64,000 bases of DNA, taken from Octopus bimaculoides. Its lineage: Eukaryota. Numbering within the stretch: position 1 is the first letter of the stretch; every line of letters starts with the position of its first letter. Both the position numbers and the translations under genes were made by a program. A model generated the notes under the pieces. That model ran no database searches. It was not told the DNA's origin and saw only the letters and a list, made by a program, of their open reading frames with translations. Location: NCBI RefSeq assembly GCF_001194135.2, contig NC_068983.1:102026312-102090311 (forward strand). The letters are read 5' to 3'. Positions 26,662 to 40,161 of the stretch are shown here, in pieces.

Positions 26662-26895
26662 GAAGGCGGCGAGCTGGCAGAATTGTTAGCATGCTGGCCG
26701 AAATGTTTAGCGGTATTTTGTCTGCCGTTACATTCTGAGTTCAAATTCCACCAAGGTTGACTTTGCCTTTCATCCTTCCAGGGTCGATTAAATAAGTACC
26801 AGTTACGCACTGGAGTCGATGTAATTGACTTAATCCCTTTGTCTGTCCTTTGTCCCCTCTATGTTTAGCCCCCTGTGAGCAATAAAGAAATAAAT
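26662..26895 (+). mobile_element. tRNA-derived SINE family A (Deu/Nin-like central motif); other copies ~10490-10690+, 11845-12062+, 13060-13150-, 15941-16100+, 19820-20010+, 23945-24160-, 33095-33280-, 38970-39180+, 48165-48455+
   Basis: A-box ggcgagctggcagaa, B-box gagttcaaattcc, core gactttgcctttcatccttccagggtcgattaaataagtacc, A-rich tail. Confidence 0.85.
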
Positions 26896-27769
26896 ATAAT
26901 TGACTACACTCCAGCATAGCCAGTGTTAAATTGACTAATACCCACAAAAGAATAAAAGAAAATGATTGAACTTCAAAACAGCTTGGCCGATATCTCTCAC
27001 AGCTTCTTCTATATACTTTTCAATTTCTTCATTCATTTTAACTCACTCACCTTCTATTTTTTCATTTATCAGGTGAATAGCTTTCTGGGAGATCTATTCC
27101 ATAATCTGTGTGTGTGTGTGTGTGTATGTGTATATGAGAGCGTGTGTGGCATTTGTATCATCTCAGATGTGTGAGCAATGTTGTGTATGCATGTTTACAA
27201 GTGTGTGTTTGTATGTGTGTGTGAGTGTGTGTGTGCACGTGTTTTTGTGTGCTGTGTGTCACGTGCACCATCCCAAATATGTGAGCAACACTGTGTATGC
27301 ATGTTTCAATGTGTGTGTGTGTGTATGTGTGTGTGTGTGTGTGCTTGTGTGTGCTGCTTATCACGTGCACTGAAAGTTTGCAGCAGCTGCAAATTTGACA
27401 CAAAGAATTATGGCTAAACAAGCCAAATATATTTGTGCTACGGAAAGTGATTCCAAATGCAGAGGATATAAGATTTTTGTTTCTATTTAGTAACAAAATT
27501 AACAGTTAAAATAACCATATGCCATATGCCAATGAGGGAACGTCTATGCAACCTTTCACACTGCTAGAAATAGCAGTCAAATCTCCTTTAGATCACACCC
27601 TGCAATCTTGTCAGGTTAAACACTGTCACAAGATGTCTGGTACTTTTAATGAATACATTTTATTGCAAAGATTTCAGTTAAATCCCTGGTTTGACGATAA
27701 CTTCCTCTGTTCCTCCTCACTTGTCTTAAAAAGAGTCACTGCTGCTTACCTTCTTCTGATTAAGCTTAA

Positions 27770-27989
27770 TCCTTTAACATTTAAACCATCCATATCTTGC
27801 CAAAATATTCTATCCATTTTATGTGCAAACCGGCCACATCCAGCCTCTCAAACCTACCCAACAATATCATTCTAAAAATAAACAATTTCATCATTGAAAT
27901 CTCAAAGCTGCAACATAATGCATGATTAATTCAAAACAATGTGAATAAATAAGCATCACAATTGACAGAGTAATCTGAATGCTAAAGGA
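27770..27989. mobile_element. TTAA-flanked (piggyBac-type) MITE
   Basis: TTAA|tcctttaacatt ... aatgctaaagga|TTAA; homologous inverted copy at 31292-31488. Confidence 0.7.
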
Positions 27990-29885
27990 TTAAGCTATAA
28001 AAGAAGAGGAAATGAAGAAGGGAAACAACACATTGGATAATGTAATCCTAGAAATGCTACATTGGAATAAAGAATTGGATGGCCATGGTTGGAAAATTTT
28101 GATCATAGGTTTGCTGGATCAAGGCTAATCTAGGGTTAAACATTGGCAACATGGACACTTGTAAAAGTGATGACAATAAAAGGCTGAAGATAATTTTTTT
28201 TTTATTCTTTTATTTGTTTCAGTCACTGAATTGTGACCCAGCTGGGGCATTATTTACAAAGGTAGAGTTGATCAAATTAACCCCACTTACTCTATTGATC
28301 TCTTTTGCTGAACTTGTAGGTTATGAGTACATAAGGATTATTCGTACTATTATTTTTTATCGTATCTTTTTTCTATTTTTTAGTTGTTTCAGTCATTAGA
28401 CTGTGGCCATGCTGGGGCACTACCTTGAAGAATTTTAATTGAAGGAATTGATCCCTTATTTTTACAAAGCCTGGTATTAATCCTGCTGGTTTCTTTTACT
28501 GAACCGCTAAGTTATGGGGATGTAAGCACACCAACACTGATTGTCAAACAGTGGCGGTGGTGGTGGTGATGGGAGACAAACATACACAAAGACACACACA
28601 CAGAAATATATATATAATTAATAATATCAAGGTAATAAAAATTTTAGAAATTTTTACTACCAGTGGCCTAACGTGTAAAATAATTAGTCAATAGTCTATA
28701 TATTATTCATATAAATACAGTGTCTCTTATGTGTTTAAGTGTACACTGTATATATATATATATATATATATATCCAATACAAGGAAACAAGCTCCTTTTA
28801 TAGGGATGTAAAACATCCTATCTTCATTGTTCAATACCCAATATAGTAGAAAACATTTTCTCCAATACAAATGGGTATATATACACAATATATAATAATA
28901 AAAGGAAAATGGAGAGTTTAAACTAATTCATTAACATATTATATTATTATTACTATAATATAAAAAAAATATAATCCCTAAAATTGTTTCAGTTCAAACC
29001 CCAAGACCAACAACAAATTTATAAAAATTCATATTCTGGAAATATTTTGAGTAAGAATCTCAACAGGATAAAATGGATGAAAATCACATATGAGAAGTTT
29101 GAAATCATAAAACAGACTGAATCAATATATGTTTATGTTTGTAAATGTGAGCGTCAATAATTAAATTTTAAAAAATAAAATAAAATAAAAACTAACAGTT
29201 ATAAAATATGTGTGTGTGTATCTAAGAATATTCATTTAAGTATATTTCTGCGCATTGGTAATTTAAAGCAGAAATAATTTGTAATTAATCTATTGTAAAA
29301 CAGTAAATATTGACTTTCTGTTCTATACTATTAAGAAAATTACACCATACACAAAAAATTTTCTCAGAAAAATATCCTTTATCCTAACCACGCTGACACT
29401 AAATAATATTATAATTAATTTTAATTAATTTTATAAATTGCACTTTAGTCATTATTTATTCTCCATACTAATGTGTACATGAAGAATTCAATGAAAAGTT
29501 ACTTAATTTTTTTTTTTTTTTTGAAAAAGAAATAAACTCATATTATGTATAAGTATCTGTAGGTTTGAAAGAAATAGAAGAACTGCAAAATACATATCAT
29601 CATAATAGAAACTTACTAAACATATTTATAAAGAAACTGCATTATTTACTATATGCATAAATATTTATTCAGAAAAATGTCCTTAATCCTCACTAAATAA
29701 TATTATAAATTCCACTATAATCATTATTTGTTATTTGTACTAATGTGTACATAAAATGATATAAAATAATTTAATAGAACATTTTGTATTTTTTCAGAGG
29801 AAAATTAACTTACATAAATTTATTTTCTGGTATTATTTTTATGCATTCATGTGTTCAAAAAGAACAGAAGAACCGTAGATTACAT

Positions 29886-30163
29886 ATTGCAGCATGAAAG
29901 GTGTTTATAAGCCATTTAAAAACACATAAAAACCATTAGATTCACTTCAACATTTAAATTTAATTTGTCAAAATATTTTTGTCACTTTGAAACTGCAACC
30001 TGTTCACTGACAAAATTTTGTGCTTCATCATGGAATTTTGTCAGTGAACAGGTCATGGTTTCAAAGCGACAAAAATATTTTGACAAATTAAGTTTAAATG
30101 TTGAAGTGAATCTAACAGTTTTTGTGTTTTTAAATGGCTTATAAACACCTTCCATGCTGCAAT
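29886..30163. repeat. 278-bp palindrome (~130-bp arms, 16-nt loop), probably PLE-derived
   Basis: attgcagcatgaaaggtgtttataagcc...tgacaaaatt [ttgtgcttcatcatgg] aattttgtca...ggcttataaacaccttccatgctgcaat. Confidence 0.9.
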
Positions 30164-30491
30164 TGTTTTTGTTTCAGCACGATCTCAGATCGGGTCACAT
30201 GCTATGTAAGTACATCTCCGTAAATAAATTCCATATTATTTTAACAAAATTNNNNNNNNNNNNNNNNNNNNNNNNNNNNNNNNNNNNNNNNNNNNNNNNN
30301 NNNNNNNNNNNNNNNNNNNNNNNNNNNNNNNNNNNNNNNNNNNNNNNNNNNNNNNNNNNNNNNNNNNNNNNNNNNNNNNNNNNNNNNNNNNNNNNNNNNN
30401 NNNNNNNNNNNNNNNNNNNNNNNNNNNNNNNNNNNNNNNNNNNNNNNNNNNNNNNNNNNNNNNNNNNNNNNNNNNNNNNNNNNNNNNNNNN

Positions 30492-30565
<74 letters not shown>

Positions 30566-31291
30566 TCAAAACTGAATGTGGCACTTAAGTTTAGGCACCA
30601 GAATATAGTATGGTATTATCCAAACAATTCTTAAAACAAGGTGATCTAAAATCAGAAAAGCAACATGGATTTTAAAGGTTATTGCAGTACGCACATTTCA
30701 TGCTACTCCATTCATTTAAGTAATGCGAGCATTATATTAAAATGCAAAATGGAGAGCAATCTTCAGCTGCACAAGGATATAGAAAATTTACTGAAAATTT
30801 CATTTCAGTAGAATGGACATATTACTGTTGTGGCAACATTTAAAATCTAAGTGGGAATGAAGAATACATAAAAAAACCAACTTGACATAGCCAAGGCTAG
30901 CAGGCTAAATGATGATGATGATGATGATGACCTCCCAGACAGAAAATGAAAGACAAAGCCAATCTTTTCAAAATTTGAACTTTGTGTTGAAAAGGTTGCA
31001 GTTATATTATACAGCTAATCAGTTTGTCCAAAACTCTACAGTTTCTGTCATATAACCAACATTATTAGTAATGGTTTCTTATATTGACCAGAGGCCTGAA
31101 ATAATGGAGCAATATAGTGAGTTGAAAAATTTCAATCACATGAAATTATCTAAGAATTTGTAAACCAAAACTCCCTTGTTGGATGTTTATAAGCTAAAAA
31201 ACGAAGCAAAGCAGATGACAACAATAAGATTGCCTGACTGGTATTTTGAAAACAGAAGATTGCAGATAAAAGTAGTTATATTGTCTTTTAA

Positions 31292-31488
31292 CCCTTTAGT
31301 GTTCAGATTACTCGTTGAATGTTTTGAATTATTCATGCATTATCAAATAGCTTTGAGATTTTGATAATATGATTGTGTATTTTTAGAATGACACTGCAGG
31401 GTAGGCATGAGAAGCTAAATCTGGCCTTTTTGCATGTAACCTGGATAGGATATCTGGGTTGGATATGGCCAGTTCAAATGCTAAAGGA
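31292..31488. mobile_element. TTAA-flanked (piggyBac-type) MITE, second copy
   Basis: TTAA|ccctttagtgttcagattactc ... aaatgctaaagga|TTAA. Confidence 0.7.
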
Positions 31489-32375
31489 TTAAGCCAACTG
31501 TTAAAAGAAGTTTTATTAGATCTCCTCAGGAGAATATATTCTTAGTTGGAAAGATTTAGAAGTGATCAGTATAGATACAGAAAAAGAAGGAATACAGTAA
31601 CAATCATTATGAGTATAGATAATATTGTAGTGGAAATGTACCTCAGAGAAGTGTTCTACATGCTAGCTACACATGGCATAGTGTCTCATACATATAATAG
31701 AGTGACTTGAAAATCTTCAGTAAATAGAGATTTTTCATGCAATTAGTAGGAAAAAATCTCAGTCTATCTTTAAAAAAACACAGAAAGAGCAAAACAAATA
31801 AGAGTAATAAGTCAAATATTAGGTTCTTGATATAGCAACCAACTATATTACATACATGAGCAAGCTTGCTTGCTGTTCTGTACTGGGGAAACATTTATAG
31901 AATTGATTTGCTTCTGGCTGATCTGGATATGGCAAATTAAGAGACATCCAGAAAAATTTGCAATGTATACATCTACGCATATGGTTTGTCAAATGTGACT
32001 CTTGAAATTATTAGCAAAGTGAAATGTTGCCTTTCAGTAAATAAATTAACATTCCAGTGCTGCAGTATGTATTATGTAGTTACTATATTTCGTACATTTG
32101 AAGCAGTCCAATGCATAGAAATAAATAAATAACATGGGTGATATAATAGTATTAATGCAACCCAGAACAGACAATATAAGAAATAATTCATTATAAATTT
32201 GCTTACTTATTCATTGAGCAGAGTGGCACAGTGGAGGCATGCTAGGCCTTAACCAAAAGGTCTATAGATCAAAACTAATCTCAGCAAAGAAATGGATACT
32301 ATTTTTGATACTAATACACCACAACTAAGTTGTCTATAAATATTCCAACTACACACACACACACACACACACACA

Positions 32376-32414
<39 letters not shown>

Positions 32415-32524
32415 ATAATAATATCAGGGATAAAAATCCAAATTTACAGGTAAAAACTCAATTAAAGTCAATTTATTAAAAATTAAAATTAAATTAAGTT
32501 TCACAGTATAAAATATAAATACAT

Positions 32525-32785
32525 ATAGTTTTAGGGAAAAGAACCAAGGTTCATGAACTCATCGATGAAAATCCAATGTCACATATAGAAAAATTAATAA
32601 GTAAAAGCGCAATAAATAAGTATAATATAATACAAAGTAAATATCATAAGATATTATTATCATTATCTTATGATATTTACTTTGTATTATATTATACTTT
32701 TTTATTGCGCTTTTACTTATTAATTTTTCTATATGTGAGTGGATTTTCACCGATGAGTTCATGAACCTTGGTTCTTTTCCCTAAA

Positions 32786-32790
<5 letters not shown>
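32525..32790. repeat. ~265-bp palindrome (~125-bp arms, ~10-nt loop)
   Basis: tttagggaaaagaaccaaggttcatgaactc...atatcataagata [ttattatcat] tatcttatgatat...gagttcatgaaccttggttcttttccctaaa; mirror ORFs 32559-32762(-) and 32576-32764(+) translate near-identically. Confidence 0.9.
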
Positions 32791-32825
<35 letters not shown>

Positions 32826-35800
32826 CAAAGGGAGGTACAAATATTATGCAATAAAAATTTATACAGGGTGAAGGGGGTCACCAAATGACTTGAGTACACC
32901 AAAACCCAAGTAGTGTAGTAATCGGAGATGACAACATCATGACTTTTCACTAAGAATGTAGAATGATGTTACTTATCCACAAGCTGGAAAGGAAATACCA
33001 AGTCGACGGCTTTTGAATTTGAAATCAGAATATGAAAAGATCTAAAACTAATTAAAACAGTAAATTATTTAGCTTGGTACTTTCCATTTCTACCACACAA
33101 CTGTTGTAGAGAAGTTTTAATCAATAGAATTGCCCTCAGTATTTGACTGGTATTTTATTTCATCAATATCAGACAGATGAAAGATAAAGCCGACCAGTCG
33201 GATTTGAACTCAGAATGTAAACGATTATAACTAAATACTGCAAAGTATTTTGTCCAATGCTCTAATGATTCTGCTCTATGCAAAAGTAGTAAAGTTGGCC
33301 TATATCCAGTTAATATTATATATGCTTTTTGCTTTTAGATTAGTTCAAAGTAGTTATTAGTTTTTATGTAAAATAAATAATATCTACATTATTGTTTTAG
33401 TGAAAATACAAAAAGAACAACAATTGATATACATAAAATATTATATTTGCTTACTTGATTTACATCCAGTTTCCCAAGGTGGCAAAGGTTAAATAGTTGT
33501 TTATTTATGAGGCATTATTTTACAGTCAAATGCTCTTCCTGTTGTTAACCCTTACTTGATATTCAAATAAGAAATATTTTTTTATTCTTATGCAATTTTG
33601 AAAATGTAGAGCTATAAGAGAATTCATTTAACAGACAATGTCAGCATAACATTACAGCTTCTGGTCAAATGGTTTCATGCAAAGACACAGAATGTAAACA
33701 TTCACACACATACACACATATGTGCATGCACACACAGACACACACATACACACACACACACACACACACATGCACACACACACACACACGTACAATAAGC
33801 TTCCATAACATCCACCAATTCCACTCACACGGTATTGGTCAGCCCAAGACTACAGTAGAGGACATTTGCCCAAGGTGCTACACAGTGAGATAGAACCTAA
33901 AATCATGTGGTTATAAAGCAAATTCTACGCACACACAACCATACCTGCACCTGTTTCCATGCCTGCATCTATAGCCATATCTGCACTTAATGTTGACATT
34001 TATGTTTAACCTCAAACCAACCCTGATCAAACAAACCTATGGTCAAAGGAATTTCAGCTGTAACTTTCTCATATTTTTAAAAAACCTTTTTGGCTTTTCT
34101 TTTTTTTTAAGACAATAGGATGTTTGCTATATTAGGATGATTTGGCTGCTATTTCTAGCAGATGAAGCAATCACATTGAGTCTCTCTTACTGTGTCTCTA
34201 GGACGTACAACTGTTGAAAAAAGATGTGGCATTGGAGTTGTCCCTTCATTGATAACAAATTCCGATCTAATACTGGTGGTGTCCCACTGTGTGAGAACTT
34301 ATTCTAAAACATAGACAAAAACAAGGGAATTAGAAACAAGGCATTTCTGATTTCATGCACCCCCCCCCCCACACACACACATACTCATGCATGTAGAAAG
34401 AGAGAAAAAGAGGAGAGAAAGAGTAGGGAGGGAAGAAGCTGATTGAGAAAGATGACAGGAGGATTTTAGTTATATTAGTTGAGAAGTCCTGGGGCCGACT
34501 TGTTAAACTGTTGGACTGATGATTATAAAGTCATGGGTTCTATTTCCAGACCAGGCAGTGTATTGTGCCTTTGGAAAAGGGGATTTGTTTCAAGTTGTTC
34601 CAATTTTAATCAGCTGAAAATGAATTTTCATCTGCTGGAGTGAGGCACTTTGCAGACCATGACAACTATTATTAACGGTAACCAACATATACTGAATGTT
34701 TCATAACCTACTTTATATGCAGTAATATGTAAATGTCTGTCCTATCTGATGTATCGCACTATCATGGACATATCTTTCAAAAGTATTCAATAGATGTCCA
34801 CCCAACAGATATATAGATATTTTTTCTCATCTGTTACCATGGATTTTTACATCATAACAGCAAATATGTCATGATATATGCCAGTCATCTAAAGCACATA
34901 CTTTTAAATTTCATTGATAGCTGCGTGGTTGTGAAGTTCACGTCGCAACTAGATGGTGCTAGGATTGATTCTGCAGTGAGTCACCTTGGAGAAGTATTTT
35001 CTACTATAAGCCTCAAGTTGATTAATACTCTTTGAGTAGAATTAGGTTGTTGAAAAGTGTGCAGAAACTTATCACATGTATGTGAGTGTCTGTCTATGTT
35101 TTGGTGGTGTTTATATTATGTTTTGAAGGCATGTGACCTAGTGGTTAGTGCTGCACTCATAATCGTGAGATTGTGATTTCAATTCCCAGACCAGCTGTGT
35201 GTTGTGTTCTTGAGCAAAAACTTCATTTTGTGTTGCTCCAGTCCTCTTGGCTGTAAATGGGTAACCTTGTAACAGATTAGTTAGTGTACAAGGGTGAGAT
35301 AGTGACTTGGGAAAATCACCTGAACGGAGGCCTCACAAGCCACATTTCGTATTCAGCAATCAAAAAGATGAATAGCACAACTTGTACTGTAAATCCCGAC
35401 TGGTTGGGATTGGTTATTCAACCACATTGAAGATCATTCATTCATTCATTACCTTACTATCATTACTGTTAACCATAGTTATTATTAGTTTAATTCTTTA
35501 ATTCTTTTACTAGTTTCAGTCATCAGACTTTAGCTATGCTAGTGGCACTGTCTTTAAGGGCTGGTTTAGTTGATATCAAACCCAGTACTTATTTTAGCCT
35601 AGTACTTATTTCATTAATCGCTACTAGATTTTTCATTAAGTTAGGTGACACAAAAGAGCGCAACAAGCAACAGCAATTGTCAGGCAAGTGTAAACATTAG
35701 CATATGTATATGCATCTCCTGTGTTACACAAGCATTGCATTCCTGAAAATGTTGCAAAAAAACTGGAATTTCAAGATGTGAAACCAGTTTTTTTCCAAAG

Positions 35801-36596
35801 ATTTCCATCATACTGAACAATGGAGACCAATGAGAAAATAGGTTTTGTGTTACAGAATTCTACATTGCAATATGAGGTAGGCCTCTGTGTGTATGTGTGT
35901 GTGTGCACGCACATGCATGTGTGTGTGAGTAACCATACATAGTAGACATACAAACATTGCAAATTCAGCTATTTCTCTGTAAATTGAAAAAAAAAATGAT
36001 AAAAATCCTTAATTGATTTTTGAACCTTATTGGAGTTTCATCAGAAGTATCTACATCACCCAACCAATTCCAGAGAAACAAACAGCCATTCCATTTATAT
36101 ACACAACTAATCTAGTAACTTCAGAGAACAAGAACAACTAATTTGCATTTTATAAGTGTTTAACACTTTATATAATATACATACACAAATATTGACACAC
36201 ACACACACACACACACACTCACACATACACACATATTGCTCATTCTATTAAAGTCTGTTTTTTTTCCAATGTTATTACCATGAGTTAGACAGGAACTAAT
36301 TTGAGGTAACATTTTATGGCTGGACACGCTTCCTGTCACCAATTCTTAACTGTTCTCAAGTAGGGATTTTCTTTATTCTGGTTTCCAAAAGTTTAGTGTC
36401 TGGTTTGAATGTCAACAAAGAATGCAAACATCAAATCAACATCTTATTTAGATGGTGACAAGTGAAGCTGTGGAATGTTAAGATTCACACACGCACACAC
36501 ACACACACACACAATGAGCTTCCATACACTTTCTGTCTACCCTTTCCAATCATAAGACATTGGTGTAGTTATTTGTGTGTTTATGTGTGTGTGTGT

Positions 36597-36976
36597 GGAG
36601 GTGCAATGGCCCAGTGGTTGGGGCAGCGGACTCGCGGTCATAGGATCGCGGTTTCGATTCCCAGACCGGGCGCTGTGAGTGTTTATTGAGCGAAAACACC
36701 TAAACCTCCACGAGGCTCCGGCAAGGGATGGTGGCAAACCCTGCCGTACTCTTTCACCACAACTTTCTCTCACTCTTACTCCCTGTTTCTGTTGTGCCTG
36801 TAATTCAAAGGGTCAGCCTTGTCACACTGTGTCACGCTGAATATCCCCAAGAACTACGTTAAGGGTACACGTGTCTGTGGAGTGCTCAGCCACTTGCACG
36901 TTAATTTCAAGAGCAGGCTGTTCCATTGATCAGATCAACTGGAACCCTCGATGTTGTAAGCGACGGAGTGCCAACA
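36597..36976 (+). mobile_element. tRNA-derived SINE family C, full-length
   Basis: tRNA-like head ggaggtgcaatggcccagtggttggggcagcggactcgcgg...ggtttcgattcc; near-identical inverted copy at 43785-44170. Confidence 0.88.
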
Positions 36977-38140
36977 TGTGTGTGTGTGTGTGTGTGTGCG
37001 TGCATGTGTGTGTGTGCGTGTGTGTATGAGAACACAATGGGTGAGAAAGGAACTTCTTAGCTACGTATCCCTACTTGCATCTATAATGTCCATTTTTCCA
37101 TGATGGCATATTCATACTGCATTACCTCATATAAGGGACTTAATAGTCCTAAGTTTGAATTAACTCACTCCAAGACAGTTTATGCCTATTTCTCTGACAG
37201 GCACCTTCCAACATCATGTCATTATATTTTTTTCAATGATTAGATCTTATCTTTTCCTATTTCATGTCAATAACAATATCTTTTCAATATATCAGATCAA
37301 GTAATGCCATTCATATGCAAGTGTATATCCCCAAAGGTCATATATAACACTTCTGTCCTCAAGTTAATATAAGATTTCTATATAAATATTCCTTTACATA
37401 CACACATGCATGTGTATGTGTGTGTCTGCATGTGTATGCAACCAACTTTAGTTGTAGTTAGATGAAGTAGTTCTCTGAACTTATTTTATATTTTGCTCTC
37501 ATTGAAATTGTTATTGTAATCCCTGCTTCAACTGTAGAAATATAACAAGTATTATCTCACTCAGACATCAGAGAATAACTACTATTTTCTGTGATCCAGA
37601 GATAACATAATACTTCCAGTGAATTATTTTATCAGGTTGTGGCCTTCAGTCCTTGAATACTTGCCCTAGAAAATATATTTATATATAATATATTGATTCT
37701 GCCCTCATGCACTGCCTGCTTTCTTCTTATTTTCTGAATAGATTAATTTTCCTTAATCAATCAATTCATGTTTTAATTTCAAATGTAGTTCCTGGTTTCA
37801 CTTTGTATAAAGAAATTCCCATAAAATTCCAGTATGAAATTCATCACAAAAGTCTTTTTAGTGAAAATGTTATCATTTTCAATGAAAAAAAAAAAAGAAG
37901 AGAAAAACATAGAAAAATAAACTATGCGTTTGAAATAGCAGACTGTTAGCATTTTGATAAATACATAAGAAAGTTATATTTTTAATTTTTCCAACATTTA
38001 TTAATTTCACTAACAGAAACAAAATTTCACTCCTATAATCAAGAATAAGCATTTACAAAGGCATTCAAAGTTCAATGGAATCAGTTCATAGTTCAGGATA
38101 TATTAGAACAATCAGAGTAAAGGAAATAGATTAGAAAATT

Positions 38141-38780
38141 CAGATCTATTTTAAAACGGGGGCGCCAGTATTTTCTTAACGAAACACTAACGAAACACTT
38201 TGAAACTTGGGACACTGGTAGAATGTGTCATATAAAACATCTTTTACTCTTAGTCTTCTTAACAAAAAAAAGGAATTCGCAAGTTATTCCATGTTAAAGT
38301 TGTCGTATTTCTGTAATTTCAACCAATCACTGACGTCTATTCAGCTCAATAGAGTTACTACTGGGCAGTCATAAAAATGTTATTCCCTGTGACATATTTC
38401 ATCCGATTTAATCGTAATTTATACGCATATATTGTTTAATATAATAAATTACGCTGTGCGTATCTATGTGTGTAACAATTTTAGAGTTCGGATTCTAGAG
38501 TTAGGGTTAGGGTTACGGTTAACAGTCTAGTTAGGGTTAGGAGATTAATACGATATACACCGTTACAGCGCTAACTGTTTTCAACTGAATAGACGTCAGT
38601 GATTAGTAGAAATTATCGAAATAAGACAATTTTTTACATGAAATAAATTTGAATACAAAAATATTTTTCTGTTCTATAACACAAAATAGATAAGTATACA
38701 AAGTTTGAAAGTCTTTCCGTACCAAAAACACTACATAAAACATAAATGAAAACTGGCGCCCCCGTTTTAAAATAGATCCG
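38141..38780. mobile_element. 640-bp unclassified foldback/MITE element with ~29-bp TIRs, 6-bp direct flank AAAATT and internal TTAGGG units
   Basis: c(a/g)gatctattttaaaacgggggcgccagt at both ends (inverted); aaaatt at 38135-38140 and 38781-38786; inner inverted pair aatcactgacgtctattcag / ctgaatagacgtcagtgatt. Confidence 0.8.
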
Positions 38781-40161
38781 AAAATTCTTACTATACAGAT
38801 TATTACAATAGCTACAGCATTAAATGTTAAAATGCATATCAAGTTGAATTTTCATGTCATACAGTGCAGGAGACAAGAAGTAGATTGCGAAGTGAACATA
38901 GTAGTTCTCTAGCATATCTAAATTTCTGTGCCTTTTATAATCTCATTATCACTGAAATTAGTAATAAAGTGAACTGCCAGAATCATTAGCATGCCAGACA
39001 GAATGCTTAGTGGCATTTTGTCTGTATTTACGTTCTGATTTCAAAAACTGCTATGGTCGTCTTCGCCTTTCACTCCTTCAGGATTGATAAAATAAGTACC
39101 AGTTGAGCACTGGGGACAATGTAAATGACAAGTTCCCTTTCCCAAAATTACTACCTTGTGCTTATTGTAGAAAGAATATTACTAAAGTTATTTCAAACAA
39201 GCCTCTATTTTTAACATGTTTAGTTAAATTAGAACTTATATTTAAACCTATTGAGCATCATGCTTATATCCCATGACTATGTATTAATGTTTACAACTAT
39301 AATAACCAAAATATACTTACAAAAGGGCATAAATTATGCTGCAGTTATTTAGTTTATTTTAAAGTCTGAAGTTCTATACCTGTATATTTGTTGCTAGGCA
39401 ATGATACAATGTGTGGGTGGCTAAACAATGACTTGCTTATGAATACAAGCATAGTAGCCAATCTACTATAGTTTCAAAGACTAAAATGAAAATAAGAGTG
39501 TTGAAAACTGAATCTTGAAAGACATATACACATTTCAGACTCCATCAGTTCACATTTTACCCTTCCATTAATTTAGTGAAAGAAGAGATTGTGGAAAAAG
39601 TAATCTCTAAGATTGTAAAAATTTTAAGTTCTGTGTTTCTAATATTTTTGCATTATATTTGACTTAGTAACCCTTAATTGAATACATCTATCACTGAAAT
39701 TTATTCTGATTTATTTCACTTAAGGTTAGTAGATGAAATAAATTCTGACCTAGTTTAATATCTAGCATTCATGATTCAAGATTCAAACTTTAGTGGGTCA
39801 TCTTAGAGGATCAATCTGATAACAAACTTTATAGTTATATCAAAATTCTCATTACTTCTCTTATTCTTTGCATTCAACACTACCTATCCTCTACTAAAAT
39901 GTAAGACTGTCTAAACCATTATACTCCAGTTCACTTCAAACTTTAATGATAACATCTTAAATAAAGCTGCATGGACATGTTTTTAACCTGAATGAAATTT
40001 GAATGCAGATGAATAAACAGGATGCAAATGAAAATCACATTGTGAGATATCCATGCAGCAGAAACATATGTTGGATTGAGGTTTAAATTAAATATGCTGT
40101 GTAAATGACTGAATAGGTGTATAATTAATTTTCCTTATTTATTTGACTCATCTTACATATA

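Noticed and set aside
32740-32785. CCGAUGA-GUUC-AU-GAAC hammerhead-like string in the palindrome arm
   Set aside because: No GAAA and no stem I pairing.
36597-36670. tRNA gene
   Set aside because: It is the tRNA-derived head of a SINE continuing into a repeat body with a second copy and TSD; no proper cloverleaf 3' end.
38501-38542. Interstitial telomere / chromosome fusion site
   Set aside because: Only a few hexamers, embedded within a TIR element.
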